Shown: one piece after another, positions 37,249-46,284 of the stretch
How the letters are laid out: each line of letters starts with the position of its first letter
Numbering within the stretch: the stretch's first letter is position 1
From: Parcubacteria group bacterium Gr01-1014_3
GTDB taxonomy: Bacteria; Patescibacteriota; Minisyncoccia; UBA6257; WO2-44-18
DNA length: 64,000 bases
Assembly: GCA_007376445.1 (NCBI GenBank)
Contig: VMGF01000002.1
Location: 167,928-231,927, forward strand
Direction of reading: 5' to 3'
The notes under the pieces: generated by a model
What the model saw: only the letters and a program-made list of their open reading frames with translations
What the model was told of the DNA's origin: nothing
Databases searched by the model: none
Program-made: the position numbers and the translations under genes

Positions 37249-38712
37249 ATGCAAATCTTTAATTCTCTCTCTCAAACAAAAGAAAAACTCGAAGACGTGA
37301 TAACCGGCAAAAAAGTCCGGCTCTTCGTCTGCGGTCCCACGGTCTATCACGACGCGCACATCGGCAACGCCCGCACCTATATTTCTTTTGATATTATCGC
37401 CCGCTATCTCCGCTCGGCCGGTTTCAGAGTTTATTATCTCCAGAATATCACCGATATCGACGATAAGATCATCCGCCGCTCGGCCGCGGAAAACACTACC
37501 CCGCAAGCGCTCGCCAAAAAATATGAAAAGATCTATCACGAAGATGAGAAAAAGCTCGGAATCATCTCGGTCAATAAATACGCCCGGGCGACTTCCTATA
37601 TAAAGCAGATCGTGAAGCAGGTGCAGACCCTGATCGACAAAGGCCACGCCTACAAGATTGACGACGGATATTACTTCGACCTCTCCACTTTTCCGGATTA
37701 CGGCAAACTCGCCCGCCGGACGGTACTTCAGGCGGAAGATTCCACTTCGCGTATTGATGAGAATCCGAATAAAAAAAATCGGGGTGATTTCGTGCTGTGG
37801 AAATTTTCTTCCGCCCAAGGCGGATCCTCCTCCGGAGGAAAAGAAGGCGCCGCCCCTACCGGGGGCGAGCCTCGCCCTGAGGCAGGGCGGGAGCCATCTT
37901 GGAACACCAAGTTAGGCAGTGGACGGCCAGGCTGGCACATCGAAGACACGGCGATCACCGAGTATCAGTTCGGCCCACAGTATGATATTCACGGTGGCGC
38001 GATCGATCTGAAGTTCCCCCATCACGAAGCCGAGATCGCCCAACAGGAGGCCGCCTCCGGCAAAAAACCGATGGTGAAGATCTGGATGCACGCGGGCTTT
38101 TTAAATATCGGCGGAGAGAAGATGTCGAAGAGCTTTGGTGAATTCGTCACGATCCGGGAATTTTTAGAAAAACATTCCGCGCTAGTCTTGCGATTCATGG
38201 TGGCAAGTCACCACTACCGAGCGCCGATGGATTACTCTGAGGCGTTGCTCCGGCAATCCAAAAATACCTTACTCAATCTAATGGGTTTTCTGGGGAAGTT
38301 GGAGATGGCCCGAGGCTCCGCCAAAGCCTTGGCGGCGGAAGAGTTAGTAAAGAAAATGGCGGAGGAATTCCAAGCCGCCATGCAAGACGATTTCAATACG
38401 CCAGAAGCTCTCGCGGCAATATTTTCGCTGATCAATCAGTTCCAAAAATCTGTTTGGGAGCTGGATAAAAAATCAGCCAAGTTGATCACAAAATCCATCG
38501 TCAGCTCGCTTGAAGTCCTAGGGCTAGAGCTTCCGAAGGTCAAAATCCCCTCTCAAATCCAGAAAAAAGTGAAGGAGCGAGAGTTATACAGAGGAAATGC
38601 ACAATTTATCCCAGCAGACACTTTGCGGCAAGAAATAGAAGCGTTAGGATATACAGTAGACGACACACCCCGCGGACCATTAGTATTGCCGCGGGAAATA
38701 ACTAATTCCTAA
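37249..38712 (+). CDS. cysS: cysteine--tRNA ligase
   Basis: HIGN (HIGH), KMSKS and GRPGWHIE motifs. About 27-aa insertion after DFVLWK made of palindromic elements. Confidence 0.85.
   Translation: MQIFNSLSQTKEKLEDVITGKKVRLFVCGPTVYHDAHIGNARTYISFDIIARYLRSAGFRVYYLQNITDIDDKIIRRSAAENTTPQALAKKYEKIYHEDEKKLGIISVNKYARATSYIKQIVKQVQTLIDKGHAYKIDDGYYFDLSTFPDYGKLARRTVLQAEDSTSRIDENPNKKNRGDFVLWKFSSAQGGSSSGGKEGAAPTGGEPRPEAGREPSWNTKLGSGRPGWHIEDTAITEYQFGPQYDIHGGAIDLKFPHHEAEIAQQEAASGKKPMVKIWMHAGFLNIGGEKMSKSFGEFVTIREFLEKHSALVLRFMVASHHYRAPMDYSEALLRQSKNTLLNLMGFLGKLEMARGSAKALAAEELVKKMAEEFQAAMQDDFNTPEALAAIFSLINQFQKSVWELDKKSAKLITKSIVSSLEVLGLELPKVKIPSQIQKKVKERELYRGNAQFIPADTLRQEIEALGYTVDDTPRGPLVLPREITNS
37806..37842 (+). 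repeat. in-frame double-hairpin palindromic mini-element, copy 3 (followed by three more GC hairpins to about 37896)
   Basis: TTT TCT TCC GCC caa GGC GGA TCC TCC tcc GGA GGA AAA encodes FSSAQGGSSSGGK. Confidence 0.8.
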
Positions 38713-38811
38713 ATTGTTGAATTTTAAATTTTTAATTATAAATTTGAAATTAATTTAAAATTTCAAAATTTAAAATTGAAAATTACGCAAAGTTAGGTTA
38801 ATTAGAAATTT

Positions 38812-40164
38812 ATGGCCAAAAAGTTATTAAAGCTTCCACCGAGCAACGTCGAAGCGGAACAGTCCGTGATCGGCGCTTTAATGCTGGATAAAAACGCGAT
38901 CATCAACGTGGCGGACATTCTCCAGCCGGACGATTTTTATACGCCCGCCAACGCCAAGATCTATGAAACTATTCTGGAGCTTTACGCGAAAAGCCAGCCG
39001 ATCGATATTCTGAGCGTCAGTAATCGCCTCAAAGAAAAAGAGTATCTCCAAGACATTGGTGGCTCTACTTATGTTTCCAAACTCATTGACGGAGTTCCGA
39101 CAGCGTCGCATGTCGCCTACTACGCCAACCTGGTCAAAGAAAAGAAAATTATGCGTGATCTGATTCACGCCTCCGCCAAGATCACCGAAAAAGCTTTTGA
39201 TGTGTCGGGTAACCTGGATGAAACTTTAGACGAAATCGAACGATCGATCTTCGGCATCTCCCAGCGCGCCGTGCCGCAAAAATTCGTCCTGATCAAAGAT
39301 GAACTCCCTAAAGCCTACGAACGCGTGGAAAAACTGCATCGTGGTGAAAAAGCTCTCGGTGGTTTGGGCACCGGTTTCATCCAACTCGACAACATCACCT
39401 CCGGTCTCCGGCCATCCGATATGATCGTCATCGGCGCCCGGCCTTCGCTTGGTAAAACTTCCCTGGCGCTGGATATCGCCAGGCACGTGGCGCTCAATGA
39501 GAAAGTCCCGGTTGGTATATTCTCACTTGAAATGTCGCGTGATCAGCTGGTGGACCGCTTGCTCTCGGCCGTTTCCGGCGTGCCTCTCTGGAAACTCCGC
39601 ACCGGCCGCTTGAGCGATGAAGCCGATTTTGAGCTTCTTCAAGCTGGTTTGGACAAACTCTCCGGCGCCCCAATATTCATAGAAGACAACGCTTCGCCAA
39701 ATATCCTGGAGATGCGCTCCATGGCCCGTCGTCTGCAAGCCGAACACGGCCTCGGACTCCTGGTCATCGATTATCTTCAGCTCATCCAGCCCCGCACCAA
39801 GTCGGATAACGTAGTTCAGCAGGTCACCGAAGTCTCCCGCGGCATCAAGGGCCTGGCCCGTGAACTAAATATCCCGGTCATCGCTCTCTCTCAGCTATCC
39901 CGTAACGTCGAACAGCGCGAAACTGGTGTACCTCGGCTCGCCGACCTTCGTGAGTCCGGCTCTATCGAACAAGACAGCGATTTAGTTATGTTCATCTCCA
40001 GAAAAGACAAAACTAAAACCAATCTTCCGCCGGAAGAAGAAAACTGCGTTGAAATTCACATCGCTAAGCACCGCAACGGTCCGCTCGGTATGGTTAAGTT
40101 AAAATTCGATTCAGACAGAGTCAGCTTCCAGAATATCGACACGGCGCATACGAACGCTAGTTAA
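38812..40164 (+). CDS. dnaB: replicative DNA helicase DnaB
   Basis: DnaB N-terminal domain (AEQSVIGALMLD); Walker A GARPSLGKTS; RecA-like C-terminal domain. Confidence 0.9.
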   Translation: MAKKLLKLPPSNVEAEQSVIGALMLDKNAIINVADILQPDDFYTPANAKIYETILELYAKSQPIDILSVSNRLKEKEYLQDIGGSTYVSKLIDGVPTASHVAYYANLVKEKKIMRDLIHASAKITEKAFDVSGNLDETLDEIERSIFGISQRAVPQKFVLIKDELPKAYERVEKLHRGEKALGGLGTGFIQLDNITSGLRPSDMIVIGARPSLGKTSLALDIARHVALNEKVPVGIFSLEMSRDQLVDRLLSAVSGVPLWKLRTGRLSDEADFELLQAGLDKLSGAPIFIEDNASPNILEMRSMARRLQAEHGLGLLVIDYLQLIQPRTKSDNVVQQVTEVSRGIKGLARELNIPVIALSQLSRNVEQRETGVPRLADLRESGSIEQDSDLVMFISRKDKTKTNLPPEEENCVEIHIAKHRNGPLGMVKLKFDSDRVSFQNIDTAHTNAS

Positions 40165-40190
40165 AAGTCCATCAAGTCCGTAAGGTCCAT

Positions 40191-40223
40191 AAAGCTTTAT
40201 AGACTTTAAGAACTTTCGACTTT
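40191..40223. repeat. shared upstream motif, copy 2 (upstream of recR)
   Basis: AAAGCTTTATAGACTTTAAGAACTTTCGACTTT. Confidence 0.55.
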
Positions 40224-40234
40224 AGACTAATCCT

Positions 40235-40813
40235 ATGCTTCCTGAACCCATAAAAAATCTAGTAGACCAGTTGGCGCAACTGCCGTCGATTGGGCCGCGC
40301 CAAGCTATCCGCCTAGCCTTTCATATTAAAAATCGTGGTGATAGCGCCGTGGAGCAGTTAGCTTCCTCGATAGCCGGACTGGCCAAGCTGAAGACTTGTC
40401 CGAGTTGCTTCTTGGTGCATGAAAGCGGAAATTCGGCGGGCCTCTGCCATATCTGCGATAATCCTCAGCGCGATCCGAAACTGGTAGCCGTGGTAGAAAA
40501 AGAGACCGATCTCATCTCGCTTGAACGAACCCAGAGGTATGGCGGGCGGTACTTGATCCTTGGCGAATTAAAAAAGGATGGCTCATTAAGCATTGAACAG
40601 AAAGCCAGGCTAGCCTCGATTAAAGATGCCGAAGAGATAATTTTAGGCATCAGCCCGACGACCTTCGGCGACCTGAATGTGGCCTTCATCAATCAGGAGT
40701 TAAAAAACTCCGCTAAAAAAATCACCCGCCTCGGCCGCGGCTTGCCGACCGGCGGCGAGATCGAATTCGCGGACGACGAAACTCTGGGAAGCGCTCTTGA
40801 AAATCGAAATTAG
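40235..40813 (+). CDS. recR: recombination protein RecR
   Basis: HhH motif; C4 zinc finger CPSC...CHIC; Toprim domain. Confidence 0.9.
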   Translation: MLPEPIKNLVDQLAQLPSIGPRQAIRLAFHIKNRGDSAVEQLASSIAGLAKLKTCPSCFLVHESGNSAGLCHICDNPQRDPKLVAVVEKETDLISLERTQRYGGRYLILGELKKDGSLSIEQKARLASIKDAEEIILGISPTTFGDLNVAFINQELKNSAKKITRLGRGLPTGGEIEFADDETLGSALENRN

Positions 40814-40839
40814 TTCTGGTATTATATCTTCAGTATTTT

Positions 40840-40907
40840 GGCTAAACCAAATTCGTTATGTGGCGAATTTGGTCGCCCGATCAAATCAGGGATTTGATTT
40901 AGGGAGG
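40840..40907 (+). promoter_or_regulatory. conserved structured 5' leader (family 3, copy C)
   Basis: GGCUAAACC-[AAAUUCG..CGAAUUU hairpin]-GGUCGCCCG-[AUCAAAUcagggAUUUGAU]-UUAGGGAGG-N5-AUG. Confidence 0.6.
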
Positions 40908-40912
40908 TGGCG

Positions 40913-41182
40913 ATGAACGCGAAGCGTCTGATCATGGGAGCGATTGCTGTTATCGGCCTCGCATTATCTTCAATAGGAATTTATGGCTACATTACGCACG
41001 ACAAGGTATTGGCCGATAATGTTGGTGTCTTAACTGGACTCGTGATTATGATGCTGGTGGCCATGTACTGGCCCAAGGTGGAAAAGCAGGCCTGTGGTGA
41101 CTGCGGATTCGAACACTGTAAATGTAATCCGCCGGCCAAAGAGGGAAAACCGGCCGAAGAGAAGAAGGACGAAAAGTGCTGA
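40913..41182 (+). CDS. small two-TM membrane protein with C-terminal Cys-rich motif (CGDCGFEHCKC)
   Basis: ATG 5 nt after GGGAGG. Two hydrophobic helices. Confidence 0.45.
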   Translation: MNAKRLIMGAIAVIGLALSSIGIYGYITHDKVLADNVGVLTGLVIMMLVAMYWPKVEKQACGDCGFEHCKCNPPAKEGKPAEEKKDEKC

Positions 41183-41245
41183 GGCGGACATAAGCCAGGC
41201 GCGTGACGCCCAGATTCAAAAAGTCCCCATTACGGGGACTTTTTT

Positions 41246-41557
41246 CTATTTAATACTGGTAATCTCTACTTCCGTGAAATACTGGCGGTGTCCTTTCTTT
41301 TTGCGCTGGCGGGTCTTGGAGTGATACTTGAAGACAATAAGCTTCTTGTGGCGGTTCTGGGTGATGACCTTCGCGTCTACTTTAGCACCGCTGACATAAG
41401 GAGCGCCGACTTTGACATCGTCGCCATCAGTAGTCATCAAAACTTTATCAAACACAATATTGCCGTTCACTTCGGCCTCCAATTTCTCAATTTTTAGTTT
41501 TTGACCGAGGGTTACAACGTATTGTTTACCACCCGTTTCTATAACTGCTAAATTCAT
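41246..41557 (-). CDS. rplU: 50S ribosomal protein L21
   Basis: MNLAVIETGGKQYVV...KVLM...GAP L21 signature. Confidence 0.85.
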   Translation of the reverse strand: MNLAVIETGGKQYVVTLGQKLKIEKLEAEVNGNIVFDKVLMTTDGDDVKVGAPYVSGAKVDAKVITQNRHKKLIVFKYHSKTRQRKKKGHRQYFTEVEITSIK

Positions 41558-41574
41558 TTTATTATTTGATCAAT

Positions 41575-41680
41575 GGTGTGATTACGAATATCGAATTTAT
41601 ACGAACAAGCGAATAAACGAATTACGAATTAACCATTCGATTATTCGTATATTCGTTCAGATTGGTTATTCGCTAATTAA
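41575..41680. repeat. TTCGTATA/CGAATA-word repeat block (family 7, copy 1)
   Basis: 3' 46 nt are 41/46 identical to 50656-50701. Ends at the stop of the minus-strand gene. Confidence 0.6.
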
Positions 41681-41987
41681 TGGATAGTATAACAGCCAGT
41701 ACGATCAAAAGCAAGAGCGCGATCAAGGTTGAAGAGAAATAAAATAATCTGGATAAAAATATATCCCGCGCGGAAAAAGCCTTTCCTAAACCAAGATTCA
41801 TTAGGACCATTCCAGAAACCAGGATCAGAATACCCAATACATCGCCCCGGTCGCCAAGCAGATCGATCCCCCGCTCGTTGCTAAAGTGGATCACCATAAT
41901 ATCCGCGCTGGAGCTCAAGAAATTAAAATAAAGTCCCCAAGAAATTGCCAGCAATATTAAACTCAAAGTCGCTATTATCTTTGCCAT
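41673..41987 (-). CDS. small three-TM membrane protein
   Basis: Hydrophobic ORF. Confidence 0.4.
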   Translation of the reverse strand: MAKIIATLSLILLAISWGLYFNFLSSSADIMVIHFSNERGIDLLGDRGDVLGILILVSGMVLMNLGLGKAFSARDIFLSRLFYFSSTLIALLLLIVLAVILSIN

Positions 41988-42120
41988 CTACAGTTATTGG
42001 AATTCTTTTTCTTCATATAAATTTTATACTCCACCAATATACGAATCAAGCGCGAATATACTAATTCGTGAATCTGTATATTGGTATATTAGTGCTAGAT
42101 TGGTCATATTAGTGAAGTTT

Positions 42121-43398
42121 TTATAGTGTAAATGAAGCCGTTAAAGCTTCAAGCAACGACCGGTCCTGCTCGTTGATGTCTTCAGTCGGTGGCACCTCGA
42201 CTTTGAACGGATTCACATAACTCCCGAATTTATGCATTTCGTAATGAAGGTGCGGCCCCGTGGAAAGTCCGGTCGAGCCAACATAGCCAACCACCTGGCC
42301 CTGCTTCACATGCGCCCCTTTTCTGATGCCTTTTGGTAGGGCTGAAAAATGGCCGTAGCGGGTGGTATAGGTGTCGTTGTGGCGGACAGTCACCGAGAGC
42401 CCATAGTAGCCATTCCAACCGGCCTGCGTGACCGTGCCATCGCCCACCGAGACGGCCGGAGTGCCGGTGTTAGCCACGTAATCTATGCCACGATGCGGAG
42501 ATACCTTTTTGGTGATCGGATTGAGTCTGGCGCCGGTATAGCCGGAGCTGATGTATTTATATTGAAGCGGAGATTTTAAGAAAATTTTCTGAAGCGATTT
42601 CCCTTTTTCGTCATAATATCCAATCTTAGTATTCGGGCCTTCAAATAAATAACCGTTGAAAGTTTCGCCATCATTAATAAACTGGGCTGCTAAGATCCGG
42701 CCGGGCATTGCATACTCGCCATCCAGATACCGATCTTCATGAATTACCTTGAAAGAATCACCGCTCCGGATATCGGCTGCAAAATCCACCTGCCAGGCAA
42801 AGACTTCGGCGACCGCGAGCGCCAGGCGCTGATCAAAGCCTGAGCCGACCATGGTCTCATAAAGTGAAGTCTCGATCGTGCCGCTGGCTTCGCTGATCTT
42901 TACCTCATACGGAATATCGGCGACTTCCACCAACCAGCCCACCGCGGCAGGCAAGCCTGCCTGCCGGTAGGCATGGCTCGGTGGCGAGACCAGACCTTCT
43001 TCGGCTTCTAAAACCTGCGCTGTTAAATTGGCGCCATCCGGTGAAGAAGTCGCTACCCAGATGGTCAACTGTCTTTCGGTATCAATTTTATAAATCAACT
43101 TCTCAAAGATCGCGCCGGTGTGATCATATTGGAAAATTGCCTCGCGACCGGCGATGATGGTCGCGAAATCATAAACCGGTTTAGCCGCCGCCAGAATTTC
43201 AGAAGCCGTGCCAGTGGAAAAACCCTGACCGGTCATAAAGCTGATAAAGGTGGCACCGGCCGGGACTTTAGAGCGGATAATTACCTTGGACGGTTCAGGT
43301 TTGATAAAAAGTTTTTCTATCCCGCCGGTCAGGCCAGAAACGACCGCGAGAATCCCGAAAATGGCCAATCCCGCCGGAATTATTAGCTTTCTTGACAT
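42121..43398 (-). CDS. M23-family (LytM-like) metallopeptidase
   Basis: HRGIDY...GSTGLSTGPHLHYE M23 motifs; N-terminal TM. Confidence 0.75.
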   Translation of the reverse strand: MSRKLIIPAGLAIFGILAVVSGLTGGIEKLFIKPEPSKVIIRSKVPAGATFISFMTGQGFSTGTASEILAAAKPVYDFATIIAGREAIFQYDHTGAIFEKLIYKIDTERQLTIWVATSSPDGANLTAQVLEAEEGLVSPPSHAYRQAGLPAAVGWLVEVADIPYEVKISEASGTIETSLYETMVGSGFDQRLALAVAEVFAWQVDFAADIRSGDSFKVIHEDRYLDGEYAMPGRILAAQFINDGETFNGYLFEGPNTKIGYYDEKGKSLQKIFLKSPLQYKYISSGYTGARLNPITKKVSPHRGIDYVANTGTPAVSVGDGTVTQAGWNGYYGLSVTVRHNDTYTTRYGHFSALPKGIRKGAHVKQGQVVGYVGSTGLSTGPHLHYEMHKFGSYVNPFKVEVPPTEDINEQDRSLLEALTASFTL

Positions 43399-43519
43399 TG
43401 AGAAAATAATATGCTATAATTTAACCAGTATCTTTTATATGTGTGGAGGCGCAAGCCGACGCCAAAGGCGGGCAAGCCTTCACACCAAAGCTCGGCAGAT
43501 ATGCTGAATTTTGGTGTGA

Positions 43520-43591
43520 AGGCCTGTAGCTCAGAGGCTAGAGCATCCGACTCATAATCGGTTGACCAGGGTTCGATTCCCTGCAGGCCCA
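43520..43591 (+). tRNA. tRNA-Met (CAU); position 1-72 mismatch (A.C)
   Basis: AGGCCUG-UA-GCUC-AGAGGCUA-GAGC ... CUCAUAA anticodon loop ... CAGGG-TTCGATT-CCCTG. Confidence 0.75.
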
Positions 43592-43597
43592 TACCTT

Positions 43598-43625
43598 ATA
43601 CCCCCAACCTTGGGGGTATTAATTT
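43598..43625 (+). terminator. rho-independent terminator (ATACCCCCAAccTTGGGGGTAT + T/A run)
   Basis: 10-bp perfect stem directly after the tRNA. Confidence 0.65.
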
Positions 43626-43639
43626 ACAATTTTCAATTA

Positions 43640-44497
43640 TCACTTTTCAAACTTGATCGCGCTAATAGCAAGGAACATTGGGATCTCTTTTCGGATACGA
43701 TTCTCCGCCTTGGCTCGCGGTCCTGGTTCGCTCTCTTTGTGCGATATCCACTCTTCCAGGTTCTCAACTAGAAAACCCGCTTTAGCGAGCGAACCAAAAT
43801 ACGCCGAAAGCGGCCGGTGGAAAGACCAGGTAATTTCCTTTGGTTTATCGCCCGGATGCATCTGGATCGGCACTTTCATCTCCGACATATAACTGTCGAT
43901 GCGGCGATACTGAGATTTCCGCTCTTCGTCCCAGCCCCAGCCGCTTTGGCGTGGAATGCGGAAAACCGGATGATTCATCACGATCACTAACTTACCGCCG
44001 AATTTCAAGATTCGATGAGCTTCACGGAAAACACCATCCATTTCGGCGATATTTTGAACCGTAAGAATCTTTACCACAGCATCAAAGTAATTAGTCTTGA
44101 AGAGGCTTAACTTATCGGCTGGAGCCACTTCATAGCGGATCTTTTTATCCGAACGCTTCCGAGCAATATTGATCAGCTCCGTCGAGACATCAACTCCGAT
44201 AACTTCGGCGCCTTTTTTGAAAAATTCGCGCGCGAAATATCCCTGTCCGCAAGCAAGGTCAAGAATATACTGCCCTTTCCGGAGATCGAGCAATCGCAAA
44301 ACACCAGGTAAAATCACCTGGCTCTGATAGGTACCTTCCCTGCCCTCCATCATCGTGTCGTACCATTTGGCAACTTTGCCCCAGGAGGTTGGTTTATCCC
44401 ACCTAGCTTTCGCTTGGCGAGGCTCGCCCAAAGGTTGGGCGGCTTCTCTTCGCGGACCGCCCCGGCTCGGGCCTGGTCTACCTTCCATTTTTCGCAT
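43640..44497 (-). CDS. class I SAM-dependent methyltransferase with Arg-rich N-terminal extension
   Basis: ILDLACGQGYF motif I, post-I acidic residue, motif II; about 60-aa basic N-terminal tail. Confidence 0.7.
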   Translation of the reverse strand: MRKMEGRPGPSRGGPRREAAQPLGEPRQAKARWDKPTSWGKVAKWYDTMMEGREGTYQSQVILPGVLRLLDLRKGQYILDLACGQGYFAREFFKKGAEVIGVDVSTELINIARKRSDKKIRYEVAPADKLSLFKTNYFDAVVKILTVQNIAEMDGVFREAHRILKFGGKLVIVMNHPVFRIPRQSGWGWDEERKSQYRRIDSYMSEMKVPIQMHPGDKPKEITWSFHRPLSAYFGSLAKAGFLVENLEEWISHKESEPGPRAKAENRIRKEIPMFLAISAIKFEK

Positions 44498-44602
44498 AGG
44501 ACTATTTTAGCAGAAAAACACATCTTTTGGAAGCTCGAAAAATTGACATTAGGAATAAAAATTTTTAGAATAGTACCAGTCTTTTAACAGCGAGGAGGAA
44601 TT

Positions 44603-44953
44603 ATGGACCTAGTGATTCTGTTCGGGTCTTTTGCTAGGCCATTGGCAGTAGTTTTATTCATTGCCTGCGGCTATGTTTTTGCAATTGGAAATGTTTGGCT
44701 ATCTTTAATCCTGGGACTAGCCGGTCTTTGTCTCAGCTTCTTTTCGATAACGACAGCCTCCACGCAACCCTGTACTCCGGAAATAGAGGTCCGGCAACCG
44801 ATAAATTATAATGATCCCGAAACCTGCGTCCTCTGCAAGGCTGAAACGCCATATAAGAAAAACACCCACATCGATCATCGTCAGCACTACATCGAAGGCT
44901 CCGGCCAACTCTGCGAAAAGTGCTTTAAAGAAACTTACGGGGAGGAGTCGTGA
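44603..44953 (+). CDS. small membrane protein with C-terminal CxxC...CxxC zinc ribbon
   Basis: Two TM helices; CVLCKA...CEKC. Confidence 0.4.
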   Translation: MDLVILFGSFARPLAVVLFIACGYVFAIGNVWLSLILGLAGLCLSFFSITTASTQPCTPEIEVRQPINYNDPETCVLCKAETPYKKNTHIDHRQHYIEGSGQLCEKCFKETYGEES

Positions 44954-45156
44954 GCGCCACGTCCTCGCTGATATTCGCCTTCGTCTTTCTCGTATTGTTC
45001 GGTTCTACCTGCCGTTCCATTAGCCGGTGCCTAAAGAAGATGAATACTTCTCAGTCGCAAGGCTTGGTCTGGACCCTACACGGCCTGACAATTCTCGCGC
45101 TGGTTGCTTTTGTGCTATCCCTTTACTTCGCCGTGGTGACTTTCACAAAATCATAA
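44950..45156 (+). CDS. small membrane protein (ATGA-overlapped with the previous gene)
   Basis: Two hydrophobic helices. Terminator AAACCGCCCaataaGGGCGGTTTTTT follows at about 45155-45182. Confidence 0.35.
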   Translation: MSATSSLIFAFVFLVLFGSTCRSISRCLKKMNTSQSQGLVWTLHGLTILALVAFVLSLYFAVVTFTKS

Positions 45157-45196
45157 AACCGCCCAATAAGGGCGGTTTTTTATACTAAATAAAAAC

Positions 45197-45979
45197 CTAG
45201 GAGGGCCATTCGGGGCCTTTAGACTCAATTTGTCCGATCCGATCCAGGAATTTAATCAGAAGCCATCCTTCGTCCAACTCGAACCACCGCTCGCCCGTAC
45301 GTAATCTGGGGCTACTTTGATATTTGTGGTGATTGTTGTGCAATCCTTCGCCACAGGTTAGAAAAGCGATGAATCGGTTGTTGTAGGCGTCGGCGTCTTT
45401 ATAGGTTTTATAACCCCTCTTGTGACAGTGCGAGTTAACTAATCCGGTAGCAAGAAGATAATCGAGGCCGAGAAGAAGATGCGCGCCCGCGCCGAACAAT
45501 ACACCGATGAAAAAACCTAAACTTAACAACCATCCAAACACACCAAAAACAACACAGACTAGTATGAAACCAGATAATAGGCCTAAATTACTATGCTTAT
45601 CTAACCAGTCATACGTAGGAACTCCCTTTCCCCAATAATTAAGATCAATTTTTTTGGCTTCGCTCTGGTAAAGAAAAATATTCCCGAGCAGAACACTCCA
45701 ATAACCATTCACGAATGGGCTGTGAGGATCGCCTTCAATGTCGGTATATTTATGATGCTTTCGATGAACAGCCGCGAATTCTCTTGGTATAGATCCTAGA
45801 AGCAGCCAGCAGCTAACGCGGAAGATCATTTCCGCGGGCCTTTTTAGTTTAAAGGAGAAATGCGTGAGAGAGCGATGAAGGTAAACGGTGGTAGTAAGTT
45901 TCGCGACCTTGCTTATAATCCGCTCATAAAGAATGCTCGCGATCAAAATTATGATCACCGACGTCCAGGTGGTTGTCAT
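45197..45979 (-). CDS. acyl-CoA/acyl-lipid fatty-acid desaturase (Delta9-like)
   Basis: His boxes HRKHH and HNNHH plus GEGWHNNHH-like context; TM helices. Confidence 0.65.
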   Translation of the reverse strand: MTTTWTSVIIILIASILYERIISKVAKLTTTVYLHRSLTHFSFKLKRPAEMIFRVSCWLLLGSIPREFAAVHRKHHKYTDIEGDPHSPFVNGYWSVLLGNIFLYQSEAKKIDLNYWGKGVPTYDWLDKHSNLGLLSGFILVCVVFGVFGWLLSLGFFIGVLFGAGAHLLLGLDYLLATGLVNSHCHKRGYKTYKDADAYNNRFIAFLTCGEGLHNNHHKYQSSPRLRTGERWFELDEGWLLIKFLDRIGQIESKGPEWPS

Positions 45980-46028
45980 TCTGAAACTCCTTGGATTTCA
46001 AGAAACTGCTATTAGCCTAAACGAAAAT

Positions 46029-46247
46029 CTAAAGAATTTCAACAATCTTCTTTTTTGAGGTGTGGCCGGCGACAATTCGCACAGCGCCAGCTGGAACCTT
46101 AAAATATTTCGCGATGGCCGAAATAACCGCGCCGTTCGCCTTCCCCTGCACCGGCGGTTCTTTTACCGATACACGATAATTTATCTCGTCGAGCTTTTCT
46201 ACTGATTGCTCATGAGCATTGGCCTTCACCTGAATAAAAATCTTCAT
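46029..46247 (-). CDS. YggU/DUF167 family protein
   Basis: KIFIQVKANA...GKANGAVISAIAKYF...VAGHTSKKKIVEI matches DUF167. Confidence 0.7.
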   Translation of the reverse strand: MKIFIQVKANAHEQSVEKLDEINYRVSVKEPPVQGKANGAVISAIAKYFKVPAGAVRIVAGHTSKKKIVEIL

Positions 46248-46284
46248 CTTTATATTATATCAATAAAAAAACCGCCATTGGCGG

